From Octopus vulgaris (Eukaryota), in NCBI GenBank assembly GCA_951406725.2, contig OX597836.1, positions 14,198,001 through 14,262,000 on the forward strand: a DNA stretch of 64,000 nucleotides, given 5' to 3'. The translations under genes and the position numbers were made by a program. This document shows, piece after piece, positions 13,601-28,600 of the stretch. Below the pieces are notes generated by a model. The model saw nothing but the letters and a program-made list of their open reading frames with translations. It searched no databases and was not told the origin of the DNA. The stretch's first letter is position 1; every line of letters starts with the position of its first letter.

Positions 13601-16600
13601 AACCCTACAGCCCTTAGCCGAATACCCTAACCACTAAGCCACATACCTTCACTATTTCTGTTTTAACTTCTAATTGTAAGATGGAGAACAACTCTGTGTA
13701 GCCGTTACGTAGCTCTCATTGAACTACTTCATTTCTGTAACTTAGTGGTTCAACAAAAGAGATGTTTATCTGATTTGTTCAGCTCAACTCTTCAAGGCAG
13801 TACCTCAGCATAGCTGTTGTCTAATGACTGAAATAGATTAACCCTTTCATTACCAACCCAGCTGAAACCGGCTCTGGGTCTGTAGTACAAATGTCTTGTT
13901 TCCATAAGTTTTGAATTAAAATCTTCCACCAAACCTTAGTCTCAATTTCTGTTCCAAACACCAGCTTAACCCTTTCAATACCAACCTGGCTAAAACCGGC
14001 TCTGGCTCTGTAGTATAAATGTCTTGTTTCCATATGTTTTGAATTAAAATCTTCTACCAAACCTTAGTCACAATTTATGTTCTTAACACTAGCTTAATGA
14101 TAACTAAGTTATTTTACTAAATTCTTTGTTATATTTAAGATAACTAAAAGAAACACAGCATCTAAAAATAAATAAGGTAACAAAAGGGTTAAATGAGCCA
14201 TCCAAGACTATATTGTTTTATTTATCCTTCCTTTTTCTTTTAATATAGTAAGGCGTGATTTTGAGAAGTGTTTTAGCTGCTATTTCTAGCAAGTCAAGTG
14301 ACCAAATTTAGTGTTATTAGTAAGGTTGTGAAAGAAGGTGAGCATTAAAGACGTCATCGAGAATGTATGGGTATATAGATGAAAAGCAACTGTATTTTGT
14401 ATGGGCGACATCTGGTGACCTGAAAAATGTTCTGACGGAAATGTCAAATATCATCTCAAGATATTGGCGTTTAAAAGTGAATTGACCCAGGATGGGGAAA
14501 AGTAAGTTGTAGACAGTGATATACCAGGATTGAGAAGTCTTAAGTCAGAATTTATCATGGAAAAGATGTTAGCCATTTTGTTGTTTTTCAAAGAAGACAT
14601 ACTGCTTATTTGTTTCATTTAATTTTTTTAAATAACCAAGATATTTCAGGGGTCTTATTAAGCTTAACTTTTCATTTTAAGATAATGTTTGAAATATAAT
14701 TTTACAAAAATTACATAAAATTTAGAAAGGGAGAGTTTTAATTAGTCTTGACACTGAAATACAATGAGTGTCCTTCTGTGGAAACCGGTCAAGTCAGGGG
14801 GGAATATTACTTCACTTGGAAACGGGTGAGAATTGGCAACAGGAAGGACATCCAGTTTTAGAAAATCTGCTTCAATGAATTCTGTCTGACCCTTGCTTGC
14901 ATGGGAAAGCAGACGTTAAACTATGACTAGGATATATGTAAGTGTATGCTTGTGTTTCTAACCTCGGCATTGCATGATAGTTGTACATAATTGTCACCAT
15001 CATGTCCTCAGCTTTGAATCTTTTAAACCCTTTTAAATCAACCTGCTTCTGTGTTATAAACATCCTGTTTTAAAGTGATCCTAAGTAAACTCTTCCAAAA
15101 TTTTATGTTAACCCCTTATTTAAACTGACCATATCGGGCCTGAATTGTCTGTTTTACATTGGCACAGGAAGCGTGTCCAGCTATAGTAAATCTGCTTCAA
15201 TACACTATTCAACTCATGAAAGCATGGAAAGCACAGACATTAAAACAAGGATCATTATATAAACGCTCTAAGGTGGCGAGCTGGCAGAAACGTTAGCACG
15301 CCGGGCGAAATGCTTAGCGGTATTTCGTCTGTCTTTACGTTCTGAGTTCAAATTCCGCCGAGGTTGACTTTGCCTTTCATCCTTTCGGGGTCGATAAATT
15401 AAGTATCAGTTACGCACTGGGGTCGATGTAATCTACTTAATCCGTTTGTCTGTCCTTGTTTGTCCCCTCTGTGTTTAGCCCCTTGTGGGTAGTAAAGAAA
15501 TAAGAAACATTAGCACGCTGGGCGACATGTTTAGAGCTCGTCCATAACATACAATTTTTGCAGGACTGATTTCATTTTTTTTTTGTTTGTTTCAATGTAT
15601 TTTAAATTTGTCTTATTTTTCTCTTGTAATGTTTGGTCTTTTTAGAAGAGAAGAAGAAGTTGCAGAAGGAGAAAGAAATAACCATTGCTAAAGATGCTTT
15701 TACTGAACTGGACAGTGATGGCAACCAATTGTAAGTAAAATGGACAATATGTATATAAGGCTGTATGTGTGTATTTGGAGACCCCCTTCGGTCACGAATG
15801 ACCATGGGATTGCACCTAGAAAGTTACCCTCCCAGGCACAAGTCTGGGCATGGTTGTTTATGGAAGACCAGCAGTCGCCCATGCACACCTGTCTCCCCTC
15901 TCCAAGCCACTGATATTATCCAAGGGAAAGGCAAAGACCGATACAGCTTGGCACCTGTGACATCGCAACTCATTTCTACAGCTGAGTAAACTGGAGCAAC
16001 GTGAAATAAAGTGTCTTGCTCAAGAACACATGCCGCGCAGTCCGGGATTCACTCACAACCTCACGGTTGTAAGTTCAGCGCTCTAACCACTGAGCCATAT
16101 ATGTATATGAATGTATAGTGACTTTGTGTTTACATAGGGTTGTAAGTATAATGGTCAGTGAGTGGTATAGATGCTTGCATGTATAATGGTTTGTGGTACA
16201 TAATGTTGTGTATAAGCATTTCTAGATGGTATATAGGGTTGTGTGTATAATGGTTTATGAGGGGAATGTGGAGATTTTAGTTAAATTTAGCATGTATAAT
16301 GGGTCATATATATAATTATGGCTGGTCTATAAGGCTGTATATGAAAGTCAGCTGAACAGTTCATAGTCTGATCAATATATTCTCATGGAATGTGATTCAA
16401 TGAAGTTTCTTTTTCAGCATGGTCGCCCTTGCTATTAACACATTTCTTCCATCAGTTTTACTGTGTCTGGATCCTATCGGTAACAATGCCTTTATCCTGA
16501 TGGTGAAAAGGTCCTCAACAGTAGATATGACACCATCGCTGTAATACTGCTTCCCAGCCAAGAGATTTTTCATGTTGGGGAGCAGATGATAGTCAGATGG

Positions 16601-19600
16601 GGGCCAAATCAGGATAATAAGGGTGATCAACCAATTCACAGTCTTAGTTATGCACAGCAGCCATTGAAACCAAGGACTTGTATGCTGGAGCATAGCCCTG
16701 ATGAAACAGTTTCCCTGGGAATCTGGTCTTGATAGCCTTCCATAACTGCCTCAGTAAGTTGGCTTAGTACTCTCCATTGATGGTATGGCTACTTTTGGAG
16801 GTAGTCAATAAACACAATGCCTTTTGCATCCCCAAACACTAAGGCCATTGTCTTCTCTGCAGATGAAATGACCTTGGCCTTCTATAGAGCAGGTTAGGAA
16901 GGATGTTGCCACTACATGGATTATCTCTTTGTCTCTGGCTCAAAGTGATGAACCCGGTGCTCATTGTGGGTTATGAAATATTTGAGGAAACCAGCTGGAT
17001 CTGCCTCAAACTATGTTAGATTTTCCTGTGATGCGATCGACTGCATTACTCTCTTTTACTCTTTTACTTGTTTCAGTCATTTGACTGCGGCCATGCTGGA
17101 GCCCCGCCTTTAGTCGAGCAAATCGACCCCGGGACTTATTCTTTTGTAAGCCCAGTACTTATTCTAGCGGTCTCTTTTGCCGAACTGCTAAGTGACGGGG
17201 ACGTAAACACACCAGCATCGGTTGTCAAGCAATGCTAGGGGGACAAACACAGACACACAAACATATATACGACAGGCTTCTTTCAGTTTCCGTCTACCAA
17301 ATCCACTCACAAGGCATTGGTTGGCCCGAGGCTATAGTAGAAGACACTTGCCCAAGATGCCACGCAGTGGGACTGAACCCGGAACCATGTGGTTGGTAAG
17401 CAAGCTACTTACCACACAGCCACTCCTGCATTGAGTATTTTTGTCTTTGTTTATAAGTTGAAATCTAAATATCTATTTATTTCTTTTCCTAGAGTCAGCG
17501 TGGATGAGTTAAAGAGTCACTCAGAGTTTGATATCGACAGCGATGGTACCGTATCAGACGATGAAGCAAAAGTAAGAATTATTTCCAAATATGACTTCCA
17601 CCCTCATTCTCTTAAACACCTTCATATTCTTATTATCTTCGTATAATTAACTAGCAGTATCGCCCGGCGTTGCTCGGGTTTGTAAGGGAAATAACTATAT
17701 AAGCAATTTTAGAGATGTAAAGTATAATAGCCATCTGGCTAACCACAAAGGGGGGGGGTGTTACTGTAGCTTTTTACGTTCTGAGATTTAATAATAAATT
17801 TTTAGAGAGTTCCCTTATATAATAGCAAAAAAATGCATTAAAAATGGGGAAAAAATGATGGTAAATTTTTTTTTAAAATCGTAGACTCATCGTAGACGCG
17901 CGCTAATACCCAGAAGGGCTCGATATGAATCACGACTATAAGATACCTGGTTTTGGTTAAACTGCACCGCAAAATGTGGGAGTAGTTAGGAATCTAAATC
18001 GTAGGAGACAGACACTCACACAACTAGAGTTTTATATATAAAGATATATAGCGATTTATAAGATTCTTAAAAGTTCCACATCACCGTCTGCCCATTTCTG
18101 TCAGCGTTATCTTCTTTATTTAAAAATGGCAAGTTAAAACGTTTCTCGTCATTTAATTTCTGTCTCTCATGCGGACATGGATTGGTCAGTTTGAAAGGAT
18201 CTGTCAAAAAGGGTTCCACCATCAGTGAAGTAACCCTTTTCATTATGCTCCAATGTCTGCTGCTTTGGTATGGTTTCTACATGGAGATGACATGGATGGA
18301 TACATCTTCTTTCCCTCCCTCTCTTCCTCTCCTCCCCCTCATCTCTCCCCTCTCCTCCCCCTCATCTCTCCCCTCTCCTCCCCCTCTCCTCCCCCTCATC
18401 TATCCCCTCCCCCCCCCTCATCTCTCCCCTCTCCTCTCCCTCATCTCTCCCCTCTCCTCCCCCTCATCTCTCCCCTCTCCTCCCCCTCATCTCTCCCCTC
18501 TCCTCCCCCTCATCTCTCCCCTCTCCTCCCCCTCATCTCTCCCCTCTCCTCCCCCTCATCTCTCTCCTCTCTCCCCTCATCTCTCTCCTCCTCTCTCCCC
18601 TCTCCTCCTCCTCTCTCCCCTCTTCTCCTCCTCTCCCATGTCCAGTCTTCCTCTGTATATCTGGTCTTTGTCTTCCATGGATATTTTTCACTCTCAAAAT
18701 TCATATTTACATAATTCAAAACAGAAAACCATCCAAGGGAAATAACTCAAAGTGGCTTGTGCCATGTATTTGAAGAACATAAGACAAATGCATGTATATC
18801 AAATACCATACAATAATTTCTTGATTTGCCCTCATGCCAGTGGCATGTAAAAGCACCCACTACACTCTCGGAGTGGTTGGCGTTAGGAAGGGCATCCAGC
18901 TGTAGAAACTCTGCCAGATCAAGATTGGAGCCTGGTGCAGCCATCTGGTTCACCAGTCCTCAGTCAAATCGTCCAGCATGGAAAGTGGACGTTAAACGAT
19001 GATGATGATGATCTCTACCTCTATTACCAAATAGAAATCAAGACCATCTCCACTGCAGAGGGGGAGATAATCACCAGAATCAAATATTCTCCAAAACTGA
19101 CATGCCACTATGGCATAAAAGGACAAGTTTATTGTCTAGAAAGAAGAGGACATTTGTGGACATGTGTTTCTGTCTCAATAGCTATCATCAGCACAGCAGT
19201 TGTCCAACTTTATCTCCAGCAGCCAGGGGAATTGTACAAAAGTGACTAGAACACATGGTCTTGGTAATTTGTATATACTAATAAAAAATGTGTTAAGAGA
19301 AATAATCTGAGTGGCCAGTGGCATGTATTTGAGCAGCATAAATAAATGCAGGAACATTAGATATCATCATCATTTAATGTTCACTCTCCATGACGGTATC
19401 GGTTGGATGGTTTGACATGGAGCTGGCTTTCCCGGAGCTGTCCAGACTGTCTGTCTGTTGTAGCATAGTTTTTATGGCTGGATGTCCTTCCTAATGCCAA
19501 CCACTTAGCAGTGTGTGCTGGGTGCTTTTCACATGAAATTAGGATGGGGGCTTCTTGAGTGGCACCGGCACCAGGAAGGACAAGCCTGTATAACATAAAT

Positions 19601-22600
19601 TCTTGACATGTCTTAGTGGCACCGGCACCAGGAAGGACAAGCCTGTATAACATAAATTCTTGACATGTCTTAGTGGCACCGGCACCAGGAAGGACAAGCC
19701 TGTATAACATAAATTCTTGACATGTCTTAGTGGCACCGGCACCAGGAAGGACAAGCCTGTATAACATAAATTCTTGACATGTCTTAGTGGCACCGGCACC
19801 AGGAAGGACAAGCCTGTATAACATAAATTCTTGACATGTCTTAGTGGCACCGGCACCAGGAAGGACAAGCCTGTATAACATAAATTCTTGACATGTCTTA
19901 GTGGCACCGGCACCAGGAAGGACAAGCCTGTATAACATAAATTCTTGACATGTCTTAGTGGCACATAAAAGGCACCATTTGAGTGTGATCATTACCAGCA
20001 TCGCCTTACTGGCACTTGTGCCCCATGCTAGTAGGATGCTAAGAGCACCATCTGAGGGTGATTGTTGCCGGAGCGGCCAACTGGCTTTTGTGCCAGTGGC
20101 ACATAAAAGGCACCATTCGAGCATGATCATTACCAGCGTCGCCTTACTGGCACTTGTGCCAGTGGCACGTGTAATAACATTTGAGTGAGGTCATTGCCAG
20201 TACTGCCTGACTGGCACCCGTGTCTGTGGCACATAAAAGCACCCACTACACTTTCGGAGTGGTTGGTGTTAGGAAGGGCATCCAGCTGTAGAAACTCTGC
20301 CAGATCAAGATTGGAGCCTGGTGCAGCCATCTGGTTCGTCAGTCCTCAGTCAAATCATCCAACCCATGCTAGCATGGAAAGCGGACGTTAAACAATGATG
20401 ATGATGTTTATCCCAAATCAGTTTTGATCCAGCATACCTGTGATCGAAAGTATTCCAGGTATGAGGGTCTATTTTTATAATTTTTTGCATTTCTGCATTA
20501 CCTCTTTTTCTTTTTAAGATCGTAGATTTGAGGAAGATTGGCTGCTATTTTTAGCAGGTGAAGTGCTCATGTAGAAGTTCTTCCCCTTGTCGGCTTCAGT
20601 TACAGTTCGTTTTTTTATTTTTATATCTGTCTAGGAATACATGGAAGAAGCCACTGATGCAAGTTATGACCACTTTGTTGAGAAAATGTGGCCCAACATC
20701 AAAGAGATTTATCGTAAACCCAAGAAACTCGAGGACGAGGTCAGCCAGCAAGAAGAGGAGACGACAACACCCTCATCTGCTCAAGTAACCCCAACACCAC
20801 CTTCAGAAACCCCTCAAGATGATGACGATGGTGCTGATGAAGATAGTGATGAGGATGCTGATGAGGACGATGAACCGACACCAGAAGAAAGTGTTGATGG
20901 ACAAGTTCAGGTAAGCTTTTTGCACTTGCACCATTCCTCATTCCCATCTAAGCCAGGTGCATAAATTATGCAACCAGTGCACACAAATTGCCATAGACTT
21001 GCATACCAATGAAAATACTCCTTAAAAAAAAACAAATCAAATTTTTAAAAAAATTATTTTTTTTATTGGGTTCAGTCATTGGGTTGCGACCAAACTGGAG
21101 CACTACCTTTTAATGGTTCTGTCAATTACATTCACCTTAATATTTACTTTACAGAGTTCAGAAAAATGAAATACAAAGCAAACCAGGTTGGGATTTGAAT
21201 TCAGAATATAAATGCAGATAGATATACAAGAAAATACATCATTTAACGTCCGTTGTCCATGCTGGCATGGGTTAGATGGTTTGAGTAGGGGTCAAGCTGA
21301 GGGGTTGTACCCAGCCTCATTTGGCACAATTTCTATGTCTGGATATCCTTCCTAACGCCAACCACTCAGAGTGCTTTTAAGTGCCAGTTGCAGGACACTA
21401 GTCTCTGTCTACAAAATACAAAGGGCCATGCTGGAGTAATAAAACTTAATGTGCATGCCCAGCAGATTTCAAGGTCAATCTTTCACTCGGTAAGGTTTAG
21501 CTTCGTTACTATGGCAACAGTCTGGATACGTTTTGATCATACCTCGTGTGTATATCATCATCATCATCATCATCATCGTTTAACGTCCGCTTTCCGCGCT
21601 AGCACGGGTTGGACGGTTCGACCGGGTCTGGGAAGCCAGGGGCCGCTCCAGGCTCCAGTCTGAATCTGGCAGAGTTTCTACGGCTGGATGCCCTTCCTAA
21701 CGCCAACCACTCCGTGAGTGGATTGGGTGCTTTTTACGTGCCACCTGCACAGGGGCCGGAGGGTCCGGCATCGGTCACGATCGGTTCGAGCTTTTAACGT
21801 GTCAATCTTTTTTCTTGTTTCAGTCATTTAACTGTGACCATGCTGGGGCACCGCCTTGAAGGGTTTCGGTCTCTTTTGCTGAACCACTAGGTTACAGGGG
21901 TATAAACACATCAACACCAGTTGTCAGGGGATCATGGGAAGGGTTGGTTACAAACACATACACACACACACAATTTACAACTGGCTTCTTTCAGTTTCTG
22001 TCTACCAAATTCACTCACAAGACGCTTGTCCAAGGTGCCATGCAGTGGGACTGAACCCTGAATCATGTGATTGGGAAGTAAGTCATTGGATTGTGGCCAT
22101 GCTGGGACACTGCTTCGAAGGATTTAGTTGAAGAAATCGACCCTAGTGCTTATCCTTTTTCTTAGATCTGCTACTAATTCTGTCAGTTTCTTTTTGCTGA
22201 ACTGCTAAATTACTGATGAGTAATCAGACCAACCCCAGTTGCCAAGTGGTGCCAAGGACAGAAGCACTCCAAAACAGACATTGGAGCTTGATGCAGTTCT
22301 CTGATCCGTCAGGTTATCAAACCATCCAAGCAGTGCCAGCATGGAATTGGATGCTGAATTATGATGATGATGATGATGATGAATTTAGTTGTCTACCTTT
22401 ATGTTCAGAATTCAAATCCCATAAGGAACCGTGTTACCTGTCTTGCTTTTGTGGTTGATAATAACATGTACCAGTTTTGTACTGGGACTTCATCTAATTA
22501 AACCTTCTTATTTTCTATATTTCAGGCTTTGCATCTACATAAATTAATAATTAGAAAGCATGTTGCATGGGAGATCCTTTTCTCTCTCTCTCTCTCTCTC

Positions 22601-25600
22601 TCTGGTGGCTTCTTCCTTTTTTTCTTTCTTGGCAATAACAGGTGACAAAAGATTGCTGGATTTCATTATTCATTTTGGCATTGTTGCTCATTATTAAAAA
22701 AATCATTCTTTGGTGTGGACTTTAACTTTTTAAGTACCTTAATTAATGTTTCGGCTTGTTGTCCTGTTGACAAAAGAAAAAAATTGTAAAAATTAATATT
22801 TTATAAATTTTTAATTTTCATAATTTATAAAAATGGCTAATTAACTTCTTCCATCTCTTTGCATACATTCAGCAAAAATGTTGTTAACTCTAATTCATAA
22901 AGGGTTAATTTTCCATCACTTTGAGATCAATTAACTTAATTACACGTGAATACAGGTGAGAGATGTACTAGTCATAATTTTTTTTTCTCAACCCCAAAAC
23001 TACATCTTTATCACAATTCTATAATAAAATTGACCAAGGTCGATTTTATTACAGGTGGAGGGGTCATAATTTCAACATATTATTAGGATGGGTCTTCAAA
23101 CTTCAATTACAAACTATATTATTGTCACTGCTTTACTACAAAACCCTTATGTTGCGTGTTGTATGGATGAGTAATATAAATAATCTCACCTCTTAAGCTA
23201 GTGTGCCAGGCAAAATGCTTAGTGACATTTTGTCTGTATCTATGTTCTGAGTTCAAATTCCTCTGAGGTTAACTTTGCCTTTCCTTTCAGGGTCGATAAT
23301 ATAAGTACCATTTGAACACTGGGGGTCAATGTAATCAACTTATCCCCTCCCACAAACTTGCTGGCCTTGTGTCACAAATTGAAATTATTATTATGACTGT
23401 CCTGCTACAAACCCAAGGCTTACAGACGAACATGTTAAATAATTTCAACTCCTAAGTTATATCATTATTATTATTATTATTATAGCGGCATTTCGTCTGC
23501 CTTTATGTTCTGAGTTCAGATTCCTGCTGGGCCGACTTTGCCTTTCATCCATTTGGAATCGATAAAATAAGTACCAGTTGAATACTAGTATGCATGGGTG
23601 ACTGCTGTTCTTCCATAAACGACTTTGCCCAGACTTGTGCCTTGGAGGGTAACTTTCTAGATGCATTCCCATGGTCATTCATGACCGAAGGAGGTCTTTA
23701 CCCTTTACTCGGAAACCAATTTTGTGTTGGTTGCAAGATACACAAGTCCTATAACCTCAACCCTAAGACTATATTATTGTCACAACTTTACTACAAAACT
23801 GGCTTAGTGTTGCCAGTTGAGTAGTGACAATAACGTAGTTATGACAGACCAACCATAAGTATTTCCGATCCCCAAATTATAATATTGTAAGCACTCTACA
23901 ACAAAGCCCTTGTGTTGTTTGTTTGGAGATGAGGTCAGTCTATATAGAGGAGTACCAACTTTAAAGCTTGACTACCATATTAGGGCCATTTTATTTACCA
24001 TTGGCAAATGATGGCTTAAGATCAATACCAGTAACATACTTGGGTTGATTTATAGTACACATCAGTGGTTCTCAACTGGGGTCCATATAAGATTTTGTTA
24101 AAGTTTATGATGCAATAAATTGGTTATACTTCCACAATACACAAAATTCCTAATAATATTATAATTCTACAATATACAAGGGGATTGAAAAGTAACTCCC
24201 TGTTTTAAACTACTTATAAATTAATTGTAATTTTTGCAAAAATGGATATGAGAGGAAAGGTTTTAGTATGGGGTTCTTTTTAAAATTTGGTATGGGCTCA
24301 CAAAAAATTAGAGAAAATTACAATTAATAGTTTATAAGTATTTTAAAATAGGGAGTTACTTTTCAATCACCCTGTACAATTCCTAGTAATATTTGACCCT
24401 TTAGAATTTTAACTGGCCATATCTGGCCCAAATATTCTACTTGTGTTCTAACTGGCCAGACTATGAGATAGTGCAGGATTAATTCAGAAGATATGAATAC
24501 ATAGGCATTGCTTTTGGCAGAGCAATCTGAATACTAAAGGTTTAGTTATAAAAATATATATTTCTTTCTTTTTTTTTATACATCAAGAGGCTAAGAGGGT
24601 CCATCCAAATAGAATAGGAATCAAAGGGGACCATAGGTAAAAAAAAAGGTTGAGAAACATTGGTATACATGATATTTTATTCTTGTTTGTCATTTGACTC
24701 TGGCCATGCTGGAGCATTGCCTTTAAGAGTTTTAGTTGAACAAATCGATTCTGTAGATATATATATATATATACACACATACATACATACATATATAGGC
24801 TTCTTTGTTTCCGTCTACCAAATCCACTCACAAGGCTTTGGTTGGCCCGAAGCTATAGTAGAGGACACTTGCCAAAGGTGTCACACAGTGGGACTGAACC
24901 CAGAACCATGTGGTTCTTACAACACAGCCATGCCTTTACCTATGTATTTCTTTTACTATAACTGCTTTTGGCAAACATGAGCGGGGTATCTTTTCATCAC
25001 CCCTGTTCTTGCCTTGAGATACTTTGTGAACTGGGTGGGAACTGGTTAGTATTGGTGTTAGCTAAGTTGACCAGTCAGGCAGTGAACCAAGCCAAGTGGC
25101 TACAAGTTCAACACTTGTTGCAAGGTTTGAACCTGTGACCATGCAGTAAGTAGACCCAGCACATTTGTCTACACAGGCACTGTGGTCAGTATATTTATTC
25201 AAACAACTACCATGTCCAACAATTAATTTCCTATTTTCCTTATTCAAAGAGACAGTGTCTTTGTGTGATTTGAGAGAAATTTGGCTGCTATTTCTAACAG
25301 CTGGAGTGACCTCATAGAGGTTCCTTCATTTGCCCTACATTTCTCAAGCTTACATTGCTTTTATTGTTTAAAATAGGGAGGGGTTGTTGATATTCTATAC
25401 TACCACTGTACTGGATATTGGAGTGGATCCTTTCAGTGTTCTGTGTCTAAACTATGGAGACCATGCAGTTTAAACATAGATAGTGTCTCTGTATGGCTTT
25501 CTGTAAATATAGGTTCTTTTGTGACAAAGAATTGGGTCAAGAGGTTAGTTTTTTTTTTGTTTTTTTTTTTTACAGCTGGATGTATCTTTTAACACTCAAC

Positions 25601-28600
25601 TAGTTTCACTGCATATTAATGCTCAACTCTATCTTTTAATGCTTGACTTGATCTTTTAATGCTCAATGTGATCTTATAACACTTAGCTATTTTTTGATGC
25701 TTAGCTCAACCTTTTAACACTCAGCTCAATCTCTTAACACTCAGCTCAATCTCTTAACACTCGGCTCATCCTCTTGCTGCTTAGCTCGACCTCTTGACAC
25801 TCGGCTCATCCTCTTGCTGCTTAGCTCGACCTCTTGACACTCCGCTTTTGCTGCTCAGCTCGACCTCTTGACACTCGGCTCATCCTCTTGCTGCTCAGCT
25901 CAACCTCTTGACATTCGGCTCTTGCTGCCCAGCTCAACCTCTTGACACTCGGCTCTTGCTGCTCAGCTCAACCTCTTGACACTCGGCTCTTGCTGCTCAG
26001 CTCAACCTCTTGACACTCGGCTCTTGCTGCTCAGCTCAACCTCTTGACACTCGGCTCTTGCTGCTCAGCTCAACCTCTTGACACTCGGCTCTTGCTGCTC
26101 AGCTCGACCTCTTGACACTCGGCTCTTGCTGCTCAGCTCAACCTCTTGACACTCGGCTCTTGCTGCTCAGCTCAACCTCTTGACACTCGGCTCTTGCTGC
26201 TCAGCTCAACCTCTTGACACTCGGCTCTTGCTGCTCAGCTCAACCTCTTGACACTCGGCTCTTGCTGCTCAGCTCAACCTCTTGACACTCGGCTCTTGCT
26301 GCTCAGCTCGACCTCTTGACACTCGGCTCTTGCTGCTCAGCTCGACCTCTTGACACTCGGCTCTTGCTGCTCAGCTCGAGCTCTTGACACTCGGCTCTTG
26401 CTGCTCAGCTCGACCTCTTGACACTCGGCTCTTGCTGCTCAGCTCAACCTCTTGACACTCGGCTCTTGCTGCTCAGCTCAACCTCCTGACACTCAATTAG
26501 AGCATCAGTTCAATTCGATCTTTTAATGCTCAACTTGATGTGGCGTATTGATATATTTGAGTTTCATTTTGACTGTCACTGTCTACGTTATCACAATTAT
26601 TATGTACACCATTACAAATGGTTGTCTGTCTTTCTACTGCCATTAACAAGACTGGTATCACCAGTGGCTCCACCCTTTCTTCTCAGCCATTGTACTACTT
26701 GTTTCATTAGCTCCACCCTTTCTTTGGCATTGTACCAGTGGCTCCACCCTCACCCAGCAATGTCCCTCACCTCACAACTGATTTCTCACCTCAATCATGA
26801 CTGACCCCTCCTCCCATCCTATTTCACAACTGACTCCCCTGCCCTGCTTCACGATTGACCCCACTCCCAATCCACTTCACAACTGATACCTTCACCCTGT
26901 TTAGTGATTGGACCCTCCCCCCTCTCTGCTTCACATCTGACCTCCCACCTTGCCTCATGACTGACTTTCCCCTTTCCTCAGCCTCACAAGTGACCTCCTC
27001 CTCTTGTGACCTCACCTCCCCTCTCGCGACCTCCGCTCTCGTCCTGTGGCCTCCCCCTCCTGTCTTGAGGATCCTGTCTCGAGGATCCCGTGGCTTCCCC
27101 CTCCTGTCTCACGGCCTCCCCTCTCGTCTTGTGGCCTCCCCTCTCGTCTTGTGGCCTCCCCTCTCGTCTTGTGGCCTCCCCTCTCGTCTTGTGGCCTCCC
27201 CTCTCGTCTTGTGGCCTCCCCTCTTGTCTTGTGGCCTCCCCTCTTGTCTTGTGGCCTCCCCTCTTGTCTTGTGGCCTCCCCTCTTGTCTTGTGGCCTCCC
27301 CTCTCGTCTTGTGGCCTCCCCTCTCGTCTTGTGGTCTCCCCCTCCTGTCTCACAACTGATCCTCTCACCTCACAACTGACTCTCCCTTCCTACCTCATGA
27401 TTATCCCCCTCCCCCTTGCTTCACTATACTTCTCAAAATGAAAACCTGAAAGTTAATTGCATGAAATCAATGTAAGAGACAAACGATCACTTTGTAAAAC
27501 CTCAACCTCCCTCCAAGCCAGCATTGTACTTCGGTAATGTTTGCGTGAATATTTATTTGTGCATCCAGTAAACCTGTTAGTTTGCATGTGTTGAGGTTTG
27601 CATGTCGTACATGTATCCTATAATCATATTCTCTATGCTTTTCCTTTATCTGTGATACTTTTAAATTAATTAATCCTTTCAATTAGGGTTACTAATTTAG
27701 ATAGTTTCAAACTGGACGAAGTGTATTTTGACACAACATAGTTAACGAAAACAGTTCCCTACACCCCAGTCAATAGTGTAAATTTAGTTAATTTTGAAAA
27801 TAATGTGTATTTGTATTAGTTTTTTTCGTTATGAGTAATTTTATGATTTTAGTTGGATGACATGACTGTGGTGTGATAAGAAGTTTGCTTACCAGCCACG
27901 TAGTTTTGAATTCAGTTCTATTTCGTGGTACCTTGGGCAAGTGTCTTTCACTATAATCCTAAGATGACCAATTATTTGCGAGTGAATTTGTGGATAGAAA
28001 CTGGAAGAAGCCTGCAGTGTGTGTGTGTGTCGTCATCATCATTGTTTAACGTCCGCGTTCCATGCTAGCATGGGTTGGACGATTTTGACTGAGCGCTGGT
28101 GAACCAGATAGCTGCACCAGGTTCCAATCTTGATCTGGCAGAGTTTCTACAGCTGGATGCCCTTCCTAACGCCAACCACTCCGAGAATGTAGTGGGTGCT
28201 TTTTAGGTGCCACGTAAAAGAAAAAAATTGGTACTTTGTCAGTTACATCAGCAAGGGTTCCAGTTGCTCCGATCAACAGAACAGCCTGCTCATGAAAGTG
28301 TGTATGTGGTTGAGCACTCCACAGACTTGTGTGCACTTAATGTAGTCCTCAAGGGGATTCAGCATGACACAGAATGTGTCAAGACTGGCCCTTTAAATTA
28401 CCAGTACAACTCATTTTTGCCAGCTGAGTGGACTGGAGCAGTGTAAAATAAAGTGTCTTGCTCAAGGACACAACATACTGCCAGGTATTGAACTCACAAC
28501 CTTATGATCATGAGCCAAATCCTCTAACCACTTGGCCACATGCCCACACATCCATGTGTGCATGCATGGTATGTCCATGTGTGTCTCTCTCTCTCTTTAC

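Noticed and set aside
15777-15850. U1 snRNA-like ATTGCAC hairpin
   Set aside because: No ATACTTACCTG 5' end or Sm site; it is the reverse strand of SINE tail W present in three copies
19558-19964. CRISPR-like array
   Set aside because: Contiguous identical units with no unique spacers; eukaryotic context, no cas genes
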